A DNA stretch of 41,805 nt from Candidatus Altiarchaeales archaeon (GTDB lineage Archaea > Altiarchaeota > Altiarchaeia > IMC4 > SCGC-AAA252-I15), in assembly GCA_014729705.1 (NCBI GenBank), contig WJJK01000172.1, positions 1 to 41,805 on the forward strand. Direction: 5' to 3'. The translations under genes and the position numbers were made by a program. The notes below the pieces were generated by a model. It made no database searches and had not been told where the DNA came from. It saw nothing but the letters and a program-made list of their open reading frames with translations. Positions 31,630 through 38,723 of the stretch are shown here, piece by piece. The first letter of the stretch is position 1, and every line of letters begins with the position of its first letter.

Positions 31630-31950
31630 ATGGTTATTATAGAATTCAAAATAATGTGTCCTTCATGCGACAGTGAGACTAAAATTGTGGCTCATGAAGC
31701 TAATCCAATTATCTTCACGTGCACCGGATGTCATAAGACGGTAGTAATGCAAGGAAGCCGCGTTTACACAGTATCTACGGAATATATGCGTAAGCTCATG
31801 GCTGAGCATAAGTATCATCCGTGTGGACAAGTTCTAGGCCACAAGATTAGTAAGAAGGCTCAGTCCAGGATCAATAATGAACAGGTCACTAAGCTACATG
31901 AGCTTCTTAAGACCAAGATGGATGTAAGTGACTTCATAAATTTCTTGTAA
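31630..31950 (+). CDS. hypothetical zinc-ribbon protein
   Basis: CPSCDSETKIV...CTGCHKTV gives two CxxC pairs. GGAG RBS upstream. Confidence 0.55.
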   Translation: MVIIEFKIMCPSCDSETKIVAHEANPIIFTCTGCHKTVVMQGSRVYTVSTEYMRKLMAEHKYHPCGQVLGHKISKKAQSRINNEQVTKLHELLKTKMDVSDFINFL

Positions 31951-32015
31951 CTTCTAAAGTTCTTGTTTATTATTTCGTTTCCCTGCCGTATATTCGGAGG
32001 ATGAAGGGAGACGAT

Positions 32016-32492
32016 ATGAGAGACAAGGATTATGATGGTCGGTTGGTATACCTCACGGTACATGCGGATCGTTGGTTCAAGGAAGCCCACCCCAGCTTTA
32101 ACATCCCTCTTTCCAATAGGTTAGCTAAGGTTATAAAAGTCTTCGACTGGAATACACCAGAAGGGAAGCTCCTTCTGTCCGCCCGGGAGAAGACCGGGAA
32201 ATGGGGAAACTTTGAATCTAAAGACTTCAAGTTTGTCCTTAAGGTGTATCACCCAGACATCATACGAGGCCAGAAAAAAGGTCTTACAGTAGAAGAAGTT
32301 CTCCCTAGATGCTACCCCGGTAGCGAGCTCTTACTTTTTGACGTGCTGCCTGAGTGGATGATATCTGATTTGAATAAAGTAGAAAAAGATATGTTGAAGA
32401 TAGACAAAAAACCTACTAAGACACGAAAAAAACCCCAAAAGAGAACAAAGACAGCTGTTAAGAAAACTACAAAAAGAAAACAAAAAACATAG
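32016..32492 (+). CDS. hypothetical protein with a Lys-rich C-terminal tail
   Basis: ATG 32016 has AAGGGAG 5 nt upstream. The ATG at 32001 abuts GGAGG with no spacer. The tail is DKKPTKTRKKPQKRTKTAVKKTTKRKQKT. Confidence 0.55.
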   Translation: MRDKDYDGRLVYLTVHADRWFKEAHPSFNIPLSNRLAKVIKVFDWNTPEGKLLLSAREKTGKWGNFESKDFKFVLKVYHPDIIRGQKKGLTVEEVLPRCYPGSELLLFDVLPEWMISDLNKVEKDMLKIDKKPTKTRKKPQKRTKTAVKKTTKRKQKT

Positions 32493-32493
32493 T

Positions 32494-33186
32494 ATGTACC
32501 TAGATAGTTTTGTACAGAGAGCATCAAGTACTCTTATAGGGTATGAAGAGCCTTTATCCTATTTAAAACGGAGAGGGGTTGACGAGGACGATATTAAGTA
32601 TTATTCTATAGGGTATTGTAAAATAGTAAGAATCCCTAAGTCTAACTCCTGTGATTATAAGCTTCTTTTTGAGGCCACAAACGAGTTCAGGAGATTAAAG
32701 GAAAAGATATTGTTTCCTTTAAGAAATGTCTTAGGACGTGTCAATGGCCTTGTTGTAAGACGAATAGATAAGAAACAGTACACCCAATATTTTCTTACAG
32801 AATCAAAGAAAATAGGTGCTTTCTTCGGGCTGTATGAGGCACTCCCTCATATACAGCGTACTAAAAAGGTCTTCGTACATGAGGGAGCGCTTGACTCAAT
32901 ATCTTTTGCGAAGGTCTTCCCGAATACTGTATCATCCTTGACATCATTTCTGAATGAGCAGCAGTATGAGCTCTTGAGGTTTTTTGCAGACAAGATCATA
33001 CTGATATATGATAGGGATGAGGCAGGTTATTTAGGTGTTCAGAAGATGATGAACGCATATGGTAATAGACATATAGAATCCATATTCCTTGGTGATAATG
33101 ATGCAAATCAATATTATCAGACTATGGGATATAGGCCTTTTGAGAAGTTTTTGAGAAGTAGGATACCTTCCATCCTTCAAGTATAG
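32494..33186 (+). CDS. dnaG: DnaG-type primase core (RNA-polymerase subdomain + Toprim) without a zinc-binding domain
   Basis: YLKRRGVDEDDIKYYSIGY, ILFPLRNVLGRVNGLVVRR and YTQYFLTESKKIGAFFGLY. The Toprim motifs are VFVHEGALDSISF and ILIYDRDEAG. Confidence 0.7.
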   Translation: MYLDSFVQRASSTLIGYEEPLSYLKRRGVDEDDIKYYSIGYCKIVRIPKSNSCDYKLLFEATNEFRRLKEKILFPLRNVLGRVNGLVVRRIDKKQYTQYFLTESKKIGAFFGLYEALPHIQRTKKVFVHEGALDSISFAKVFPNTVSSLTSFLNEQQYELLRFFADKIILIYDRDEAGYLGVQKMMNAYGNRHIESIFLGDNDANQYYQTMGYRPFEKFLRSRIPSILQV

Positions 33187-33198
33187 GTATAAGAAAAT

Positions 33199-34554
33199 AT
33201 GTACGGTATAGAATATCGCCCAGTAGACTTTGGTACTGTCCTCGGTTTAGATGATGCGAAGGAAATCCTTCAAGCTTATTTAAGACAGGATCAGTATGAC
33301 CCGGCCTATTTATTTGCTGGGTCTCATGCTACAGGAAAGACTACTTTAGGGCGTATTTTTGCTTCTAGTATCTTATGTGAGAATCGCAAGGAAGACATGT
33401 CCCCCTGCAACGAGTGCTCCTCTTGTAAACAGTTTCTTCAAGGAAACCATCCAGGGTACATAGAGTATGACTCGGCGCTGAGCAGTAATAAAGAAAACGT
33501 GCAGCGTATTGTAGATAGTCTTCAGTATGAAATTGTAACCCGCTACAAGATTATTCTCTTCGATGAAGCACATAATTTGAGTAAGGAAGCGAAAGAAGTC
33601 TTCCTGAAGCAGCTGGAGAAAGAGAGTAACATAATACTCATATTTTGTACTACTGAGTATGATAAAATGCCCGAGACCCTACGCTCAAGATGTATACAAT
33701 TCCAGCTACATGAGCCAACGGAACAAAATGTTTGTCATAAGTTGGAAGCCATATGTAAGCATAAAGGCTTTGAGTATGAGTCTGAAGCGCTAACAACAAT
33801 AGTTAGAGCTACCGGCCGCCACTATAGAGATGCTGAGAATCGTCTTAGGCAGATTAGTTTTTTAGGTCCTATAAATCAAGAAAATGTTAAGAAAGCCACA
33901 TCTGTATACGTTGAGGAGGTGATTGCATTACTTCTTAATTTGTCGTATGATTTAAGTAAGGCGTTGCAGCTCGCAGACTTCTTGGTGTCCAAAATGAACA
34001 TCAAGATGATCTATAATTGGATACTGTGTATCCTTAATGACACAATTAAGAGGTCTAGTGGCGTATCTTTCTCAGGAAGATACGACGAACTTCTTAAGAT
34101 GATGCAAAAGCAATACTCATCGGCTGCATATGAAATACTAGATTATGTACTTTCGCGCAGCCGTTTAAATGACATTACTTTGTTTCAGTCTGACCTTCTC
34201 ATTATCCACTACAAGTTCCTGTGTGATGCCCTCGCCCCTAAAGAGTTGAAAGATTTATCAAAAAAAGAGAATTTAGATGAGTCAAAGTCAGATGACTCAA
34301 AAAACGAGAGTGATCAGGGCGGAAAATCAATCAAGGACATCCATGCATTGCCTCGCGGGCATCGAGAAGATGCCGTTCGAGAGTATCGTTTATCTCGAAG
34401 AAAAGAGGGTACTGATGATACTCTAAATGAACGTGTTGGTGAGGCCTGGGGTCCTGAAGAAAAGGGCGAGAAAGCTCCGTTGATACATAGGACGGAGATC
34501 TCACGTAAAGAGTTCCGTAAGGTACTCGAAGGAACATTGGATGACAAAACCTAA
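33199..34554 (+). CDS. dnaX: DNA polymerase III tau/gamma clamp-loader subunit
   Basis: FAGSHATGKTTLGRIF is the Walker A motif. CNECSSCKQF is the zinc module. ILFDEAHNLS is the Walker B motif. LRSRCIQFQL is the SRC motif. Domain III is followed by a charged, low-complexity tail. Confidence 0.88.
   Translation: MYGIEYRPVDFGTVLGLDDAKEILQAYLRQDQYDPAYLFAGSHATGKTTLGRIFASSILCENRKEDMSPCNECSSCKQFLQGNHPGYIEYDSALSSNKENVQRIVDSLQYEIVTRYKIILFDEAHNLSKEAKEVFLKQLEKESNIILIFCTTEYDKMPETLRSRCIQFQLHEPTEQNVCHKLEAICKHKGFEYESEALTTIVRATGRHYRDAENRLRQISFLGPINQENVKKATSVYVEEVIALLLNLSYDLSKALQLADFLVSKMNIKMIYNWILCILNDTIKRSSGVSFSGRYDELLKMMQKQYSSAAYEILDYVLSRSRLNDITLFQSDLLIIHYKFLCDALAPKELKDLSKKENLDESKSDDSKNESDQGGKSIKDIHALPRGHREDAVREYRLSRRKEGTDDTLNERVGEAWGPEEKGEKAPLIHRTEISRKEFRKVLEGTLDDKT
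34260..34266 (+). other. A7 slippery run (A AAA AAA in the zero frame) in dnaX; candidate -1 frameshift or transcriptional-slippage site
   Basis: Zero frame reads tcA AAA AAA gag. The -1 frame reads AGA GAA TTT AGA TGA, a stop after 4 codons. A 7-bp hairpin TGAGTCA/TGACTCA lies at 34278-34299. Confidence 0.35.
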
Positions 34555-35281
34555 GGCAAAAGCTAAGAAAGGAACCATCAAGAAATCAGTTAAGGCCAAG
34601 AAAACTGTACAGAAGAAGATACCTAAGAAACCGCGTAAAAAGGTTGTTGGTAAGCCTGCGCGGAAGACAGTATATAAGACACGACGTAAGAAGGTTAAGA
34701 AGAGAAAAACTCTTCAATCATCTATCCCGGACGTAGTAAAGCGCTCAAGGGATCTGTCATACAGATATAAAAGTAAATCAGATCGATGGCTTATATTAGA
34801 ACTGTATGATGATCGTTCCTTAGAAGAAATCTTCGAGCAGGTAGAATTCGATATCTTTTCCACGTTCAAGGACACAGACTACTTTGTCCCTGTCTATAAT
34901 GAACATCTTAAGGAAAAGAGTGTCTCAGTTTCTTTATTTGAAGGATATGTATTCATCCGGGTAAATGAAGAAACAGATGAATACTTGGAAGCATTGAAAT
35001 CAGATTATATACGAGGACCTCTAGTACTAAAAGGGTCTAGACAATATGTAACAAATAAAGATATCAACAAATTCAAGAGGGGCCTTGAGTCTAAGATTCG
35101 AAATATGATCCCTCGTAAAGGACAAAAAGTAATACCAAGAGTAGGAGTTTTTAAGAGTTTAGAGGGAAAGGTTATTTCTGTAGATAAGAAGAAGTTGGTG
35201 GCTAAGGTACTCTTTGAAAGGTCTTCTAGAGTAGTAGAAGCTCCTATCAGCATAATCAATCTAGAGACAATACATACATGA
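34541..35281 (+). CDS. NusG-like transcription elongation/antitermination factor with a ~60-aa Lys-rich N-terminal extension
   Basis: The NGN domain runs RWLILELYDD...FEGYVFIRV. The KOW motif is GQKVIPRVGVFKSLEGKVISVD. Confidence 0.75.
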   Translation: MTKPKAKAKKGTIKKSVKAKKTVQKKIPKKPRKKVVGKPARKTVYKTRRKKVKKRKTLQSSIPDVVKRSRDLSYRYKSKSDRWLILELYDDRSLEEIFEQVEFDIFSTFKDTDYFVPVYNEHLKEKSVSVSLFEGYVFIRVNEETDEYLEALKSDYIRGPLVLKGSRQYVTNKDINKFKRGLESKIRNMIPRKGQKVIPRVGVFKSLEGKVISVDKKKLVAKVLFERSSRVVEAPISIINLETIHT

Positions 35282-36204
35282 ACTATTTTTTGATTGATGC
35301 ATTCAACCTGGCATACCGAGCTCATAATGTGAACTATGAGCTTCGGACGATTGAAGGGCTATCGAGTGGTATGTTCTATGGATTCCTTAGGACTATATTT
35401 TCTCTTAAGAAGAAATACCGCGGCTATAAGTTTATAGTCGTGTGGGACAACCACGCAGACCATAAGTTTGATCTCAATCCTGAATATAAGTCAGGTAGAA
35501 CACCACTCCCACAAACAGTAACACAGCAAATATCAGATATAAAGAAATATCTACAGCATTGTGGTATAGATCAATATGAGAAGAAGGGCCAAGAGGCTGA
35601 TGATGTTATTGCTTCTTTGGTAGAGATGTTTAAGGGTGAAGGAAACACTGTTATTGTATACTCTAATGATAAGGACTTTCTCCAATTAGTAGAGACAGGA
35701 AGAGTAATAGTGTATAAGCCTAAAGTAGGCTTAAGTCCGGAGAAGTTCTATGATGAGGAAGCAGTAATTGAGAAGTTTGGTGTTTCCCCGAGTAAGCTGG
35801 CTTGTTTTCGTAGTTTTGCAGGAGACTCAAGTGATGCCCTAAATGGTGTCCCTAGAGTCCCACGTAAAATTATAGCGGGTCTTGTGAATGAGCATGAAGA
35901 AATTGAGAGGGTTTATGATTCTCTGGAAGAGGTGAAGCTTACCGATTTCCAAAGAAAGATGCTCATGGAACACCGAGGATCTGTAGAAACAAACTTCAAA
36001 ATCATAAAGCTGGATAGGTATTTAGAAGGCCTTGAAAAAACAGAAGGAGCGTACGAAGAGGAGACGCTCAAAAGTTTACTTAAGAAGTATGAAGTTAAGT
36101 CTATAAATCCTGCGATGATGATTGATTTATTCTCTTCTTCATTAAACATAAAATATACAGATCCTAGAGATAATATCAAATTGGAATCCTATTCCCTTTT
36201 CTGA
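35278..36204 (+). CDS. 5'-3' exonuclease / flap endonuclease (Pol I N-terminal domain type)
   Basis: FLIDAFNLAYRAH, VVWDN, YKSGR, QEADDVIASL, VYSNDKDFLQLV and the H3TH motif SDALNGVPRV. Confidence 0.9.
   Translation: MNYFLIDAFNLAYRAHNVNYELRTIEGLSSGMFYGFLRTIFSLKKKYRGYKFIVVWDNHADHKFDLNPEYKSGRTPLPQTVTQQISDIKKYLQHCGIDQYEKKGQEADDVIASLVEMFKGEGNTVIVYSNDKDFLQLVETGRVIVYKPKVGLSPEKFYDEEAVIEKFGVSPSKLACFRSFAGDSSDALNGVPRVPRKIIAGLVNEHEEIERVYDSLEEVKLTDFQRKMLMEHRGSVETNFKIIKLDRYLEGLEKTEGAYEEETLKSLLKKYEVKSINPAMMIDLFSSSLNIKYTDPRDNIKLESYSLF
36151..36176 (+). promoter_or_regulatory. degenerate third copy of the 27-nt element, embedded in the 3' end of the FEN gene
   Basis: AAATA-TACAGATCCTAGAGATAATAT compared with AGATACTACAGATCCTATAGCTAATAC gives 22/27 identity with a 1-nt gap. 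It ends 41 nt upstream of the ATG at 36217. Confidence 0.4.
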
Positions 36205-36216
36205 AGGAGATGAGGC

Positions 36217-36840
36217 ATGGCTCGTGTTGTTAAGAGTATGGATCCCCATGAGATACAGAAAAGGTTCTCCACAGAACGTTATTCATTTTTTACTTTAGAT
36301 GAAAGTAGCTTCTGTTTTGAGGATTTTGAACCCTTTATGTCCCGGCTGCCAGAGCGCGAACGAGATTTACTCGAGATGTATTACCGGGGTCATAAAAAAC
36401 AGAAAGACATCGCAGCATTTTTCGATGTAACTCAAGGAGCAATATCGCACCGTATTAAGAGGGCGAGAATGAGGTTGGCGTTCTTAAGAGATATGCCTAA
36501 ACTAGATAAAGACCTCAGAGATATCCTGAAAGGGTACTTCGATAATTTTGATATCGATGTCATAGCGTATATGGTGGAGACTACCTGTCAATCCCGAACA
36601 GCTGAAATTTTGAATAAGAAATATAAGCTAGACGGGCGTAAGCGTATGACTCAGGTTAAAGTACGTCATAAATTTGACCGCTCAATACAGAAGATAGAGC
36701 ATCTTAAGAAACAAAATACAGAATTGAAGGTATGCTTTGAGCTCATGCAGTATATCAAAGACAACCTGTACATGTTGCATGAAGTTGTGCTTAGGCATTT
36801 TTATAGAGGTCATCATGCAAAGTATGAAAATGTGTACTGA
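36217..36840 (+). CDS. sigma-70 region-4-type HTH protein (phage sigma-like factor or transcription regulator)
   Basis: LPERERDLLEMYYRGHKKQKDIAAFFDVTQGAISHRIKRARMRL is a typical region 4.2 / ECF-type HTH. It is N-terminal here and followed by ~115 aa of unknown fold. No region 2 was recognised. AAGGAG RBS upstream. Confidence 0.5.
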   Translation: MARVVKSMDPHEIQKRFSTERYSFFTLDESSFCFEDFEPFMSRLPERERDLLEMYYRGHKKQKDIAAFFDVTQGAISHRIKRARMRLAFLRDMPKLDKDLRDILKGYFDNFDIDVIAYMVETTCQSRTAEILNKKYKLDGRKRMTQVKVRHKFDRSIQKIEHLKKQNTELKVCFELMQYIKDNLYMLHEVVLRHFYRGHHAKYENVY

Positions 36841-36881
36841 GGTATATATGTAATCTTTTAAGAGTAATGATCTATTAATAC

Positions 36882-36939
36882 GGGTCTCTCAAATAGGTTT
36901 TGATTTTTATCAGAAAACTATCGTTGAGAGGCCCTTTTT
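36882..36939 (+). terminator. strong intrinsic terminator after the sigma-like gene
   Basis: A ~22-bp interrupted hairpin: GGGTCTCTCAAATAGGTTTTGAT, loop TTTT, ATCAGAAAACTATCGTTGAGAGGCCC. TTTTTCT follows it. Confidence 0.75.
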
Positions 36940-37059
36940 CTATGCGTTTATGCATCTCTGCTCATATCAGAAGAGAAGCTTGTTTGCTTGCACATCGTGT
37001 AGCTGAGAGCGTCCAACCTACGGAATCTCCATACCGTAATATTTTTTTGTATCAGAAAA
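36908..37059 (+). repeat. three dispersed copies of TATCAGAA(A/G)A
   Basis: Copies at 36908-36917, 36965-36974 and 37050-37059, in the region between the terminator and the next well-supported start. Confidence 0.3.
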
Positions 37060-37385
37060 GAATAGACCCCTCAGACCCCTCTTGGATGATAAATATGGGA
37101 CCCCCGAGCCAAATGAATGAGCCCGGACGTTCTCAAAGAGGAGATCCAAGTAAGCTTATACAGTATCAGCAGGGTAAGCGTCCTGGCCCTATAGACCCTT
37201 TATTGAAGGATCAGCCAATGTTGGTAACTGTCCCTGGGAATCCTAAAGAGGATGCTCAAGGAGAGGTTAGTGACAATGTGAAGACTAAGGGGAGGGACTC
37301 TCTACCAGACGGGTGGATCGGAGAGGATGATAATAGGGATACGATAGGTTTTGACCCCGGCACACTCAACGTTAATCCATTCTAA
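36942..37385 (+). CDS. hypothetical Pro/Gly/Asp-rich protein, start uncertain
   Basis: The frame is open for 486 nt. The TTG at 36900 lies inside the terminator hairpin and is rejected. The in-frame ATGs at 36942 and 37086 both lack a clear SD. Confidence 0.3.
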   Translation: MRLCISAHIRREACLLAHRVAESVQPTESPYRNIFLYQKRIDPSDPSWMINMGPPSQMNEPGRSQRGDPSKLIQYQQGKRPGPIDPLLKDQPMLVTVPGNPKEDAQGEVSDNVKTKGRDSLPDGWIGEDDNRDTIGFDPGTLNVNPF

Positions 37386-37390
37386 CACTT

Positions 37391-38056
37391 ATGAAAACTA
37401 TAGATGGACATCCGTTTGAGTGTAAGGAATGTGGAAAATGCTGCCGTTGGGGTGGCGTCGTAAGATTATCTAAGGATGATATAAAAAGACTCTCTGGCGT
37501 TGTTAAGCTCAATGAACCCGAGTTTCTTAAGCGTTTCACGGTACCTCATGGTACAGAGTATGTATTAAAGAATAAGGACAATAGTCCTGACTGCATCTTC
37601 CTCGAGGAAAACCAGTGTGCAGTATATCGAATGAAGCCGTGGCAGTGTGATAATTATCCACAAAAGTATGACCCTAGATGTCCTGGATTCGGGCAGACAA
37701 AGGAAAGTGCTATGGAAGATAGATACAAAGAGGTTGTAAGTAATATGAATGAGCGTTTCTCATCTCTGCAACAAGCTGAAAAAGCCGTAGTAGATAAGTT
37801 ATATAAAGAGCTTGCAAAAGGAGCTAAAACAGCTAATGTCATGTCTAAGGCTGTTGAAGAAGGTGTCGACAGCTTCCTTAGTGAGAAGAAAATTAAGGTA
37901 GCAAGCCTTGATGACTTATTTGCTTTCAATCGTGTAGATGAGAACCATCTCATACATAAGTCTACACGCGATCTCTGGGCCATTGAATCAGATAATACTG
38001 GAGACGTTCACATAGCTCGCCTTTTCGACAATGAAGGCGATCCCATCAAAGGATAA
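37391..38056 (+). CDS. YkgJ-family CxxCxxCC zinc/iron-chelating domain protein
   Basis: FECKECGKCCRW, followed by CIFLEENQCAVYRMKPWQCDNYP, is typical of the UPF0153/YkgJ family. Confidence 0.65.
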   Translation: MKTIDGHPFECKECGKCCRWGGVVRLSKDDIKRLSGVVKLNEPEFLKRFTVPHGTEYVLKNKDNSPDCIFLEENQCAVYRMKPWQCDNYPQKYDPRCPGFGQTKESAMEDRYKEVVSNMNERFSSLQQAEKAVVDKLYKELAKGAKTANVMSKAVEEGVDSFLSEKKIKVASLDDLFAFNRVDENHLIHKSTRDLWAIESDNTGDVHIARLFDNEGDPIKG

Positions 38057-38060
38057 ACTT

Positions 38061-38720
38061 ATGCCGCGTGAAAGACTGACAAAGAGATTTGCGGCTGCTG
38101 CTGACGGGAAGAAAAAGAAATCCCAAAGCAAAGGTGATATGCAGCGCAATACTGCCGGGTTTGAGTATGATAAGTCTAAGGCTAAACACCTTAAAAGGGC
38201 TCTTCATAATATCAATGTCTCACTAGGGACTCTCCTGGCTGCTATGAAAGACCTAGCACTCCTTAGGGGGTCTGATATTACTCCTGATGGGTTGCTTGGT
38301 GGTAGAGGCTTTATAATGAACTACAGGGAGATGAAATCTCATCTGAATGAGGCCATCGGAAATCTCTCCGATGTCACAGACACACTGGCTGATGAGCTTA
38401 ATAACCCGAAGTGGGGTCTAAGTAAATCTGAGATGCATGCGGTGAAGAAAGAAAAAGAAGAAGTCCTCGATAAAGTAGATGATGCAGAAGATGTTGGTGA
38501 GTCTATCGAGACAGGAAAACCTACAGAAGAAGCTGAAGTAGTAGAGGAAGACGCAGTAGAGGCCGCACCTGATCCGCAGATTGATCCAGAGGACGTAGTT
38601 TACTCGGCGGAAATGGAAGCAATAGATCGGTATAAGAAACTGCTGGAAGGTGATACCAAGGATAGGACGGCATCTGTCCTCAGCAAAAACATTCTGGCAA
38701 ACCTATCACAGGGAGAATAG
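38061..38720 (+). CDS. hypothetical protein with an acidic C-terminal half
   Basis: ATG 38061 follows AAAGGA and lies just after the upstream stop. The track ORF starts earlier, at 38031, inside the preceding gene. Confidence 0.55.
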   Translation: MPRERLTKRFAAAADGKKKKSQSKGDMQRNTAGFEYDKSKAKHLKRALHNINVSLGTLLAAMKDLALLRGSDITPDGLLGGRGFIMNYREMKSHLNEAIGNLSDVTDTLADELNNPKWGLSKSEMHAVKKEKEEVLDKVDDAEDVGESIETGKPTEEAEVVEEDAVEAAPDPQIDPEDVVYSAEMEAIDRYKKLLEGDTKDRTASVLSKNILANLSQGE

Positions 38721-38723
38721 ATC

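Noticed and set aside
36900-36941. TTG 36900 as the start of the 161-aa ORF given in the track.
   Set aside because: The codon lies inside the stem of the strong terminator hairpin (36882-36934) and has no RBS. A downstream ATG is more plausible if the ORF is real.
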